DNA of 63,929 bases, counting the filler, from Octopus bimaculoides (lineage: Eukaryota): the NCBI RefSeq assembly GCF_001194135.2. It is 5 parts of 4 records of this genome, joined end to end, with 100 filler letters (N's around TTAATTAATTAA, not from the genome) between each part and the next. Parts side by side here need not be neighbours in the genome. Positions count along the whole stretch, not along the records: positions 41,029 to 61,294 come from NC_068996.1; positions 61,395 to 63,929 come from NC_068988.1; 3 more parts are not named here. One strand, given 5' to 3'. The notes under the pieces were generated by a model. It worked only from the letters and a program-made list of their open reading frames with translations, made no database searches and was not told the origin of the DNA. How positions within the stretch are numbered: the stretch's first letter is position 1; each line of letters opens with the position of its first letter. This document shows positions 51,716-63,929 of the stretch, one piece after another. The translations under genes and the position numbers were made by a program.

Positions 51716-51865
51716 TATATAAGAACTGAGAACAAAAGCAAACACAAAAAAAAAACGGAGAGACAACGACAAAATAGAGTTACGGAGAGAGTTAAAAATG
51801 TGTAGAGATTAACGGTCCAACATGATGCACATGTATATGTATATATGTTGTGCTATTGTGTATGC

Positions 51866-51948
<83 letters not shown>

Positions 51949-52304
51949 GCATGTGTGCGTGCGTGTGTATGTATGTGTGTGTGTGTGTGTGCATGTTTGT
52001 GTGTGCATGTGTATGTATATGCGTGTGTATTTCTGTGTGTTAAACTCAGAGTATTACTTTAAACGAAATTGAGTATACCAAACTTGCCTGCATCATACAA
52101 ATGAATTTTTATTCTCCATTTTCTTTCTTTCAATATTAACAAGACGCAGGTTTACAAGAATATCTAACATGTCGTCTAGTCTTTCTCCTTATACGATAGT
52201 GATTAACCAGAGGAACTTTTGGACTATTTAATCCCTAATTAGGACCTGATATCCTCGAATAAAAATATATGTGTGTGTGTGTGTGTGTGTGCGTGCATGT
52301 GCGT

Positions 52305-52345
<41 letters not shown>

Positions 52346-52591
52346 CATATGTACACATTAAAACACACGAACATATATATTTCGATAACGTTTGTGCATA
52401 CATAAATATTATATAATAATATATTATATAAAACATATCACATATATGTTATATATTCTATTATATTTGATTATAATATTTAATGTAATATGTTACAACA
52501 TATAAACATATCTAACTCTCATTCTGTTTATACACGCAATAACACACGCACGGACAAACACACACACATATATACATATGCATGTACCTTA

Positions 52592-52625
<34 letters not shown>

Positions 52626-52947
52626 TGTATGTGTGTGTGTGCTGATGTATTTGTGCATATATATATGTACATATATATATATATCTATATAAATTTCGGC
52701 TTCTATCGTTCATCAAATCTATGCATAATAACAGCTTTACTGAGAAATCTTGATCGCAATATAAAGGCTCTTCTAATTCGTAAGCATCTACCCGGATACC
52801 CGGATGTATGGAATGAAGTATCACTTAATGCTTGGTCAAGTTGAAAATACATTTGAAGTACGTTTGTAAAATCGGTTAAGATGAAAGGATAATTTGTTTA
52901 TTAAAGGAGAGAAATTTCAATCTTTCCATTCATGTGTGCATGTATAT

Positions 52948-53043
<96 letters not shown>

Positions 53044-53339
53044 NNNNNNNNNNNNNNNNNNNNNNNNNNNNNNNNNNNNNNNNNNNNNNNNNNNNNNNNN
53101 NNNNNNNNNNNNNNNNNNNNNNNNNNNNNNNNNNNNNNNNNNNNNNNNNNNNNNNNNNNNNNNNNNNNNNNNNNNNNNNNNNNNNNNNNNNNNNNNNNNN
53201 NNNNNNNNNNNNNNNNNNNNNNNNNNNNNNNNNNNNNNNNNNNNNNNNNNNNNNNNNNNNNNNNNNNNNNNNNNNNNNNNNNNNNNNNNNNNNNNNNNNN
53301 NNNNNNNNNNNNNNNNATATATATATATATATATATATA

Positions 53340-53820
53340 CACCGGAGTAAGCACATAAAATGTGTAACAAGGTGGAAAAAAGAGTACTCGAATACCAGAG
53401 GTAGAGTAATATGCTTTATTTAAAAGCAGCAGAAATATAACAAAAGACTGTTACTCTGAGTTTCACGTTCCCGTTCATCGGACAGTTTTGTTAGAAATGG
53501 GAAAGGAATAACAATGCAATCAAAAGTAATATAAAATTTGAAACACATGGATTCGTTTGATTGGTCGTTTCAAATAACGGTCATGGATGCTTAATGAACA
53601 AAACAAATGAATTTAATATAGATTCATCCTATTTAAAATTTAAAAAATCGAAGAAAACCTTAAATAGAAAAAGGGGCTCAAAATACATATTCTAAATAAT
53701 TAATTATAATATTCGAATTAACACATTAAAATCAAATCAAATCAAATAAAATGTACGCTGCATTCAAAATTAAATAAAATTACAATAGCATATACGCATA
53801 CTAGGCTATCCTCAACATAT
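53340..53820 (-). mobile_element. Hammerhead-bearing repeat, family HH2 (Penelope pLTR/retrozyme-like), between (TA)n arrays
   Basis: Hammerhead motif followed ~20 nt later by AATAAA and a ~75-nt tail; the outer boundary is approximate. Confidence 0.5.
53438..53493 (-). ncRNA. Type I hammerhead ribozyme motif with a U4C core variant
   Basis: UAACAAAACUGU-CCGAUGA-ACG(GGAA)CGU-GAAAC-U(CAG)A-GUA^ACAGU(CU)UUUGUUA: 12-bp stem I with a 2-nt bulge, GNRA-capped stem II, 3-bp stem III. Confidence 0.75.
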
Positions 53821-53837
53821 ATATATATTATATATAT

Positions 53838-53896
<59 letters not shown>

Positions 53897-53965
53897 NNNN
53901 NNNNNNNNNNNNNNNNNNNNNNNNNNNNNNNNNNNNNNNNNNNNNNNNNNNNNNNNNNNNNNNNN

Positions 53966-54006
<41 letters not shown>

Positions 54007-54027
54007 GGAGGGAAAGCTAGCTAGCTC

Positions 54028-54086
<59 letters not shown>

Positions 54087-54754
54087 TGATAGATAGATAG
54101 ACGAACAGAGATGTTGTCTGTTAGACACACAGATAGAGATTTATAACTCTGTGGCAGATAAAAGTAAGATTTGTTATTAAGATCAAAAGTAAAATTGGCG
54201 ATCAGCCGTATGGCAAGAAGCAGAGCGCCGCACCGTAATATGGTGGAGGGTGATGCAAATCTGGGTGAAATGAAGTCGACACGAAGCTGGTTGTTTGCAA
54301 ACAATGGTCAGAAGACAAACTGTGTCGGATGCTTCAACAAAACATCCGAAAGAGCTCAGTTACATTGTTGAAATATCACGTTTCGCACACAAGCCTTTCA
54401 AAGCCATAAACCCTATTGGACCAGCTAACATCACACCAGTGTGTCGTTTGGACAAATTTCTGACCTCTTGTACTGATTTTACAGTTGTCCGTTTTAATTT
54501 GGCAACAATTTTATTTATCATCTTTTGCTTTATTCTGTTTTGGTTATTTTATTATGTAAACAATTAAACAAGTTTGATCCTTTTTCGCTGTTTTTTGTTA
54601 TTTTAGTTCTCTTTTCGACTGATTCCAATCTTTTGTTAGTGACTCGTATTGTTGCTGCTTTAGTTTCCTTTTCTTTTTGAGCCACAGGTCAGTGATGTTC
54701 AAGGAGGCCTATGGTCAAAGTTATATCCGAGCCATAACCATAATCTTTACCCTC

Positions 54755-54831
<77 letters not shown>

Positions 54832-55221
54832 CGCCGAATGGAAATCTACAACTTCTGTCTTTCTTTTTTATTTTTGATTTTAAGACGATATTATGATGTG
54901 GTGCTGCGTAGTGATTCGAAGTTTTTCAGAATACTGATATGCATAGTCGGGTGACCGTGTTGGTGATTGCTGTCGTGATGCATGTTGTTCCATTGTTTAT
55001 TCAGGTTCCAGTGTGATTTTCTCTTTCAAATATAGCCATACTGAACATGGTCGAAAATCGTAACGATTAATTCAGCGTTTTAGGGGCTTTCGCATCTCTT
55101 TACTCTCCGCACAAATTGTACCTTGCTGACGACTATCGTTTTATGTGTATGTGTGTTTGTGTGTGTGTATATATATTTACACACGCATGAATGTATGTGT
55201 GTGTATATATATATATATATA

Positions 55222-55521
55222 TATTCTTTTATTTGTTTCAGTCATTTGACTGTGGCCATGCTAGAGCACCGCCTTAAGTCGAACAAATCGACTTATTCTT
55301 TGTAAGCCTAGTACTTATTTTATCGGTGTCTTTTGCCGAAGCGCTAGGTTACAGGGACATAAACACACCAACATCGGTTGTCAAGCGATAGTGGCGGAAC
55401 AAACACAGACAGACAGACATTTGCTCAATGTACCACTCAGTGGAACTGAACTCAGAGCCATATGGTTGGTTGGGAAGCAAGCTTCTTACCACTTAGCTAC
55501 TCCTGTGTATTTATATATATT

Positions 55522-55562
<41 letters not shown>

Positions 55563-56150
55563 CTCCTTACCCCTCACTGGTCACATGATGTAGGTATGTA
55601 CACACGTGACCGGCTACTGCTTTCTTTCTTCTCTCGACGCTATAGTAGAAGACACTTGCCCAAGATGCCATGCAGTGGGACTGAACCCGGAACCATGTGG
55701 TTGTTAAGCAAGCTACTTACCACACAGCCACTCCTGCGCCTATGTCTACTCAGTTCTGTTATTGAACTGCAGATAAATAGAATGTGTTCGTGGTTTGAGT
55801 TCAAATAATGCGCAAATGTGTGTGTGTGTGTGTGTGTGTGTGTATGAAGGCTCCTGGTTTAGTGGTTAGGTTGTTGTATCCATTATATTTTGATTATGAT
55901 TTCGATCACTGGTTCGGGCGAGCGTTGTGTTCTTGAACAAAGCACTTCATTTCAGAAAGTCTTTTGCGCTAGGAAGTCATTATTTAATTAGTTAAGAAAG
56001 GTAACGGGGTTCTTTCAATTTCCGCCTACCAAATTCACTCACAAGGTTTTGGTCACCCCGTGGCTATAGTAGAAGACGTCCAAGGTGCCACACAGTAGGG
56101 CTGAATCCAGAACCATGTGGTTGGGAAGCAAGCTTCTTACTACACCCCCA
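55222..56150 (-). mobile_element. Several CORE-type SINE D fragments (55222-55405, 55425-55505, 55640-55741, 56005-56150) and another tRNA-type SINE head on plus (~55845-55955)
   Basis: GGGACTGAACCCGG, CCACACAGCCACTCCTGCGCC, AGAAGACACTTGCCCAAG signatures. Confidence 0.8.
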
Positions 56151-57568
56151 ACGCCTGAGTCCTCATGTGTGTGCGTGGGCGTGCGTGCGTTTATGTGTGT
56201 GTGTGCGTGTGTACACATATATGAACATATGAATAGAAATCAACGGTGCATGTGTACGTATATACCAATGTTTGTATATTTGTATCTTTTTGGAACTTAT
56301 GTCTTTGACGTATTTAATTTTCAGTGAGAAAAAACGAAATATTAGTAACTTCAAACGAATTCTTTTGCAATGTTTGTCCTGCAATGAGATATTGCGGTCA
56401 GAAATTTAGCAAACCGGTAATTAACCTATTGAAAATCTGCAAATTAAAATGCTATTTTACATTTGTACCAATTGCGTTATCAAATAAAATTAATTACTGA
56501 TATATCCAAATCTAATTAATGCTTTGCGGGTATTTTGTCAACAATATAATTCAAATTGAACTATATCTTCATTCAAGAATCGAAACCGGACCTTTCGCCG
56601 AAATACGATGCCCGCTATGAACTGTTATATATTTATTTACCTCGTGGAGTTATGAAAATTCGCCAGCTGCAGCATAACGTAGTCAAAGGGTGTCATAAAA
56701 TCATAGAATTCTCCTTATTTTAGTCTTCTTAGCTTCTTTACCCTTCTCACTTTTCTGTTTCTTTCGTGTTTTTTCTTCTTTCTCCTTTTCTTTCCTTTTT
56801 TCTACCTGCCTTTTCCTTTCTCGCTTGCTCTCATAAGCGATTTCACTCGTTATATATCTTTATCTCACCCTCGTCTTCTTTTCTTTTTACGTCGTCTGCC
56901 TCTTATGTTATCGTCTGTTTGCCTCTTTACTTGAACAATTTCCTTCCTTTTTTGTTTTACATTTAACTTTGATGTAAATATGGAAGCAAAGACTTGTTAG
57001 CCTTGCTGTTATAAAACAGCCGAATTTTGGATTTACTGTATCACTTAAAACTTTTATTTCAGAATTTTTTTATATTTGTGCATTAACTATCTTTTAGTTT
57101 TAGGAGTGCATTCGTTGTTGTTGCTGTTGTTTGCTTTTTTTTTTCATAAGTAAAAAAAATAACCAAACTTAATAAAAAATTCAGGAAGATCTTGATACAT
57201 TTCCTGTGACCAGGGCAATTCCTTTTCAAAGGAGCCATAAACTCATACTGGAACACTCCTTAGATCAGGGCAGTTTTCTACGCTAAGTTTATGAGCAAGT
57301 TTGCGACTTCTATTTTTTCTGTTTTTGCCAGTTTTATTTTTAAAAGAAAATTGTATTTCTATCTTGATAATTATATTGATACACAAGCACGCACGCGCAC
57401 ACTAATGCACACACACACACACAAATACACATACTCATTTACATATACTCTTATAAGTAAATACATATACTCACATGTGCATCTTCAAGATTATGCGTAT
57501 AGACATAGACACACATACACACACAAGTATATATATAGACATTTGTATTGATATATATATATATGTGT

Positions 57569-57599
<31 letters not shown>

Positions 57600-57808
57600 C
57601 GTGTATGTCTCTGTGTGTGTGTGTGCGTGTATGTCTGTGTGTGTATATATATACATATATATANNNNNNNNNNNNNNNNNNNNNNNNNNNNNNNNNNNNN
57701 NNNNNNNNNNNNNNNNNNNNNNNNNNNNNNNNNNNNNNNNNNNNNNNNNNNNNNNNNNNNNNNNNNNNNNNNNNNNNNNNNNNNNNNNNNNNNNNNNNNN
57801 NNNNNNNN

Positions 57809-57849
<41 letters not shown>

Positions 57850-58444
57850 AAGAGATAGATAGATAGATATATAGATAGATAGATAGATAGCATAACCGGA
57901 ATGAAACCATCAAAATTTATCATGATAGATAAGCTTTTAAGAAAGTCATAAATAATCTATATATTTTTCGTGGGTGTGTCCGAGTATGCGGCTAATTGTA
58001 TATCTTATATATATAATTAAATAGAACATTAAAAATAACAAATGACAAACCAGCAAAAAGATGTACACAAGAAATGTATTATCTTGACGCTCAGTAAAGG
58101 TGGAAAAAAAAAGACTAGGATTTAAAAAAAAAAGTTTCTAGCATAGTTCAGAAACAGGAGAAAGGAAACGTCCGGAAAAGGAAAACAGTCCGGGAAAAGT
58201 ACGTATAGCGCCGATGTATATAGTAAATTGCTTAAGCTATAAAATCTAATAACGCTCTAGTTAAGCTTACTCTCTTAAGTACTCATGAAGGCAAAGAGAT
58301 TACGAATGGCTTTATGAACATATTCACATTAGAAACATCAACCAATGTCTAGGCGATGTATATAAGTTTGTTTATTTTAATATATATCCTTCAATTTAAG
58401 GCATTTTTATATACTTATATATTACAGCTCAGAAATTTAAATCT

Positions 58445-58585
58445 CTATTTCCTTGAATTTTTGCCACACATTTTGTCTTGCAGGAATAAAATTTTTCGGA
58501 ATACTGCGATTTTTGTCTAATTCCTTGAAATTTTTGCTTCATATTTCTTCTTGCAGGAATAAAATTTTCGCGATATCTATGAAAT
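58445..58585. repeat. Two-copy ~72-bp tandem repeat
   Basis: TTCCTTGAA(A)TTTTTGC...TCTTGCAGGAATAAAATTTT occurs twice. Confidence 0.8.
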
Positions 58586-59268
58586 AATAGTATAGTATAT
58601 ACTTCTCTTGTAGATGCATCTGTCAACATTAGTCATTTTCCTTGGCGGCTTCTTGCAATCTGAAATTCTCAGCAGCCTCTCGTCGCTCGGATTACAACCC
58701 AGTAATTTTTAGGCGTGAATATGTTTATTTTATCACAGAAATAATTAAAATCTAAAAACATATAAATAACTATCTGTCGGAGAAATCCGCGATATGCTGA
58801 GGAGACCGCGATATAAATTTATATATATTGGCCAGAAACATCCGTGGTGTTCTGAGTGCTCGATAGGTGAGCAGCGATATGGCGAGAGATTAGTGTATTA
58901 ACGATGTGAAATTTGAATTCTGTCAGTTTTGCTGAAGTTTTAGTTTTCGCGTACATGAAGAAATACGTTTTAGTTGCATCTATAATGTATAACATTAATA
59001 TCATGCATACGTGCATACATGTATGCGTCATTAATTGTAAATATANNNNNNNNNNNNNNNNNNNNNNNNNNNNNNNNNNNNNNNNNNNNNNNNNNNNNNN
59101 NNNNNNNNNNNNNNNNNNNNNNNNNNNNNNNNNNNNNNNNNNNNNCATTTAGCGGCTGTTGACAGCAAATGGATCGCCTAACCATCGGAACGCTTAGATA
59201 GATACACATTATCCAATATATCCTTCCTTTTAAAAAAAAATTACATGACGTTATTTGAGGGAGTGAGC

Positions 59269-59329
<61 letters not shown>

Positions 59330-60311
59330 TTGTAGAGTAAACGATTTTGTTAACATTCTCATGTTGGTTAATAATTATCACAGCTACCGTTTTTCAACCC
59401 TAAGAGTAGCCCAATTGTTGGAAATGTACGAGCGAAGGCGTTCCAGCTTTGACCATCCTGCTTTTTGTTTATCCGTTTCGCACTTTTTTAATTGTGCGAA
59501 ATAAAATTTCAGAGAGATTTAATCATTATTTGTTGCAGATCGTGCGACTACGGGGAGAATGTTTGCTGGCTCAATTTCTTTCTATTTTTTTTTCATTTTT
59601 TTTTCTCATATACGATTTTTTTTATTTTCGAAGCGTCATGTTTTATATAGATTTATCAAAATATTTCATAATTCTCTGTGTTTGTCGTGTTTTATTGATT
59701 TTGTAATTTTAGTCTTTTCTAATTTGAGTTTGAAACAATGAATAAAACACTATATAAACTGCCGGCATATACATACATATAGAACAACAAATCAATAGCT
59801 TATTCGTGTTGATCTACTTCAATAATGTTGATTGTCCAACTTTATGTTCTTATTTTATTTATTTATTTATTTTTATTCCGACAGATGGCGTGTCCGTTTG
59901 ATTGCTCTTGGCTCCTGGCTGCATTGTACAACGTCCAATACGCCCTCCTAACAAAAGGTGAAGAGACAAAATATCCTCCTTGAAATGTAGTCGTATAAAA
60001 AGAAAATTAGAAATAAATTATTGTAAAGAAAGAAAGACGAACTACGGCAGAGCAAACAACAAAAATGGTAAACAAAGCACCCTACGTCCAATGAATATGA
60101 CAAGGGATGAAACATGGCTCCGTTAATCTTTGATTTCCTCGTGATATGTCTTTCATTTTTCTTTCCATTTTCGGGGTCAGCAGTGTAGAAAAGGATAAAG
60201 AAGGGTCGAAAAGAGAGACAGTTTAAGAAACTACACATACTTATATAAATATACATACATAAATGTATATAAGTAAATAAATACACACATACATACATAA
60301 ATATATAAACG

Positions 60312-60367
<56 letters not shown>

Positions 60368-60378
60368 GAGAGATAAGT

Positions 60379-60435
<57 letters not shown>

Positions 60436-60721
60436 CATATACACATACACAAAAACATATATTTCACTTGCAACTAATGTACACAGTGGATTTAAGTATA
60501 ATCTCTTCTGTAGGGCTTTCACTAAATCTAGATGTGTGTAGAAATTGACATAGTGAGCGTTGTATATACAGACACACGATCACACGACGCTATTAACATA
60601 TGAACATATGTATATATTGATATATGTACACAAGTTAAACATTTATGTATATATGTATATATATATGTGTGTGTGTGTGTGTGCATTTATGTATATATAT
60701 ATATATGTATANNNNNNNNNN

Positions 60722-60754
<33 letters not shown>

Positions 60755-61003
60755 GGTGTGTGTGTGTGTGCAGGTGTGTGTGTTTGTGTGTATGTGTGTG
60801 TACACACACACACACGCACAAAGATATAGATTGAAAGGCATACATACATACACACACACACACATATACACATCCACATATTCGCGCAGACACATATGTA
60901 TATATGTGTGTGTATGCATGTATATATGGAATACGTGTGTTTCAGACAGAGGCAGACGAAAATAGATAGATAGGTAAATAGATAGATAGATAGATAGATA
61001 GAC

Positions 61004-61042
<39 letters not shown>

Positions 61043-61157
61043 AAGACAGACAGATTCACAGATAGATAGGCACACAGATAGACAGACAGACAGACAGACA
61101 GATAGACAGACGGACGGACGGACGGACGGACGGACGGACAGACAGACGGATGGATAC

Positions 61158-61204
<47 letters not shown>

Positions 61205-61205
61205 C

Positions 61206-61293
61206 ATTTCTTTTATTAGCCACACAGGGCTCAACAAAGATGGGACAAATACAATGTAGAGCTTTTCTTTTTGGGAGGGGGAAGGAAAAAAAG
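61206..61293 (-). mobile_element. 3' terminus of an L1/Tx1-type element or SINE
   Basis: Minus strand TTGAGCCCTGTGTGGCTAATAAAAGAAAT resembles the Tx1 end at 9725-9756. Confidence 0.5.
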
Positions 61294-61394
61294 TNNNNNN
61301 NNNNNNNNNNNNNNNNNNNNNNNNNNNNNNNNNNNNNNTTAATTAATTAANNNNNNNNNNNNNNNNNNNNNNNNNNNNNNNNNNNNNNNNNNNN

Positions 61395-61433
<39 letters not shown>

Positions 61434-61494
61434 TAGATAGATAGATAGATAGATGTGTGTATTTTTCCCTTGTTAACAATTAACAGGGAAAAAA

Positions 61495-61850
61495 ATAAAT
61501 AGTTACCAGGGTAGCAAAAAATCACACAAGTAAAAAGGGTGTAAGTCCTTGTTTTTAAAGGTAGAAACTCCGGGTTTACATGAAATATTTTGTATGATAT
61601 ATACAAATAAATAAATGGAGTTAAACGCAGGTGTTATTCAAATTCTTTTAATTCCGACACATGCTTCGAAGATATCACTGGTATTATTCCAAAGGAAGAA
61701 AATGGTGTAAAACAATGTAATCTTCTCTTCAGGGAAATGAAGAAATGAAACCGGTCAATGAGATATTTTAACAGAATATGATGGATATGTTTAGTGCTTA
61801 ACTGAATGCCATTAAGTTCTTTTTAAGAAACGTTAGAGGATATAACGTCA
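61495..61850 (-). mobile_element. Family HH1 paralog
   Basis: Homology to 38150-38485. Confidence 0.7.
61651..61738 (-). ncRNA. Hammerhead motif with A15.1G substitution (probably inactive)
   Basis: AUUUCC-CUGAAGA-GAAGAU...AUCUUC-GAAGC-AUGU-GUC^GGAAU. Confidence 0.65.
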
Positions 61851-62422
61851 AAGGTAGCCTATAGAAAGAGGAGGGGGTAAAGGAAAGAAAAAAATCAGAA
61901 ACCAAATAAATGAGAAGTATAGAATGATATATAAATTAAATAAAACGCTTGGAAAAAGATATATCTAGTGGATGTGAAATGTAAGAAGAAAATTAATGCT
62001 TAAATTATATATAATGATAAATATCACATATATGAACTAAAGGTGTGTTTCTACCAATGTTTACATCGGTATGCACGCTCTATAACCGTGTTGACAAGGG
62101 GAGTTTAAGAAAAAAAGAATAAAAAATAGTTCAGAATTACAGAGAAGACAGAATTCCTTGCTTTTATCATAAGTGATCAAATTGCAAGAATCAACCAATC
62201 TAAATTAAATTGTTTATTGTGGTCTTTCAGATACCAGATTAATTTACTATGCCCTGTACTGTTAATTTTATTCCTATCCCTAAATGTAGAGTAATGATTA
62301 GAAATTATTTTAGATAACTGAGAAGATGAACTGCCTATATAAAAAAATACATCACTACCTGAAGTAATTTTATACTGGTATACAGAATTTTTAATTCTAG
62401 AGTTACTTCACACACACACACA

Positions 62423-62454
<32 letters not shown>

Positions 62455-63604
62455 NNNNNNNNNNNNNNNNNNNNNNNNNNNNNNNNNNNNNNNNNNNNNN
62501 NNNNNNNNNNNNNNNNNNNNNNNNNNNNNNNNNNNNNNNNNNNNNNNNNNNNNNATATATATATATATATATATATATATGAGTATATATATGTGTGTGT
62601 GTGGGTATGTATGCATATACGATCATATATTTGATTACGTGTATGCCTGTGTGTATATATGCTTCTTTGCGTGATTCTGTTTATCTTCACCAATTTTGTG
62701 TGAAAATGGCAAGTCAGCCATTTAACAGATATAGATTTTTCAATAAAATATGTACTACTCAAGTACATGTGATTGGTGATCGATATGATCGACTGTAAAT
62801 CTCCCAACAACTCACCACCTTGTCCCTATGTTTCAAATCGATATTTAATGTTTAATAAGCGATTTTCTGTTTATAAATATAACAACAGAAGAACAGTAGA
62901 TTGATATCAAAAGAAAATATCTTACGATGTATATCCTTGCACTCCACTATTTCATTCTCGATCCAGATCCCATCGGTATTTATATCTATGTAAAAAAGAA
63001 ATCAATATTGTCAGCGTCTATTATTTACTAAAACACAATAACCATACGGAATAATTAGCACATTTATTCTTTTCTATTCACGTTCTGTGGCATATTCCAA
63101 GTCGAATCACGGGAGAAATGGAGCACGAGCACTGAAAAACTTTGCTGAATCAGTTGTATAACTACTCCAGGGATAAATATTTCCCTGTTTTGTTTTCTAT
63201 TCTGGTTTCCCTAAAGGCATAGCATAAATGCATGTGCTAAATAAACTGAATATACGTACTCGCTGTGTCGTTATAATTATTGCATATTAAAATGCAACGT
63301 TAACAGTTTCCTCTGCAAAGCTTATGGTATTTGTTTCATGTTTTACCTTCTTGCTGAGAGCAAGATATTTTCTGTAGTTTCAAATGCTACAAAATTAATG
63401 ATACTGGTTAATATGATGATGTAAGGAGCAGATGTGTATATTCTGGATGTGCTAGGTGTGCGCTACATACCCATCGAAAATGACAAATTCTTTATAAATA
63501 TTAACCTTATCCATTAAAATAATTACAAATCTTAATGGAAAAGTTTTGTTATACCCTTGCAATTCTGTCACCTCAACGCTTTCAATATATAGCGGTTTAG
63601 CAAA

Positions 63605-63910
63605 AGAGACGAATAGAATAATTACTAGGCTTACAAAGAATAAGTCTCACGATCGATTTGCTTGACTAAAGGCGGTGCTCCAGCATGGCCACAGTCAAAT
63701 GACTGAAACAAGTAAACGAATAAAAGAAAGAATGAATATATATATATATATATATATATAGTCAAGCAATTCGACCCCGAGACTTATTCTTTATAAGCCT
63801 AGTTTATTCTATTCACCTCTTTTGCCAAACGCCTAAGTTACGGGGACGTAAACACAGCAGCATCGGTTGTCAAGCGATGTTGGGGGAGACAAACACAGGC
63901 ACCCAAACAC
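63605..63910. mobile_element. Two SINE D 3' parts in inverted orientation (63605-63735 +, 63761-63910 -) around (TA)n
   Basis: CTAGGCTTACAAAGAATAAGTC vs GACTTATTCTTTATAAGCCTAG. Confidence 0.8.
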
Positions 63911-63929
63911 ACACACACACACACACACA

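Noticed and set aside
52700-52845. Protein-like open frames on both strands (LLRNLDRNIKALLIRKHLPGYPDVW; HSIHPGIRVDAYELEEPLYCDQDF)
   Set aside because: Short, weak acceptors, no recognisable family, and no way to choose the strand.
54917-54985. Hydrophobic MHSRVTVLVIAVVMHVVPLFIQ signal-peptide-like stretch
   Set aside because: Explained by GT-rich composition; weak donor and immediate stop.

Overview
Gene-poor, AT-rich eukaryotic scaffold, very probably an octopus. This is inferred from the very dense ATT/GAA/TA/CA/GATA microsatellites and tRNA-headed and CORE-type SINEs of the kind described in cephalopods; the species cannot be shown from sequence alone. There are many N gaps, including four artificial 44N-TTAATTAATTAA-44N spacers. 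I can recognise no intact host protein-coding gene, rRNA, tRNA gene or CRISPR array, and almost every ORF in the track is a microsatellite or N-run artefact or a decayed retroelement frame. The window is a nested transposon landscape: about 20 copies of one tRNA-derived SINE family with three alternative 3' tails, CORE-type and other SINEs, and REL-endonuclease (R4/Dong-like) LINE fragments sitting in (TAA)n arrays. It also holds L1/Tx1, RTE and HERO-like LINE remnants, a Helitron, Tc1/mariner-type and other TIR elements, and a Penelope-like GIY-YIG remnant. The most interesting signal is a set of minus-strand type I hammerhead ribozyme motifs from at least three unrelated repeat families (38299-38385, 61651-61738, 53438-53493, a double motif repeated in tandem at 47214-47661, and a very degenerate look-alike at about 32.5 kb). 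One family is physically joined to a Penelope-like endonuclease remnant, suggesting a Penelope-pLTR or retrozyme-like system. No ribozyme activity or transcription is shown; all family assignments come from motif recognition, not database searches.
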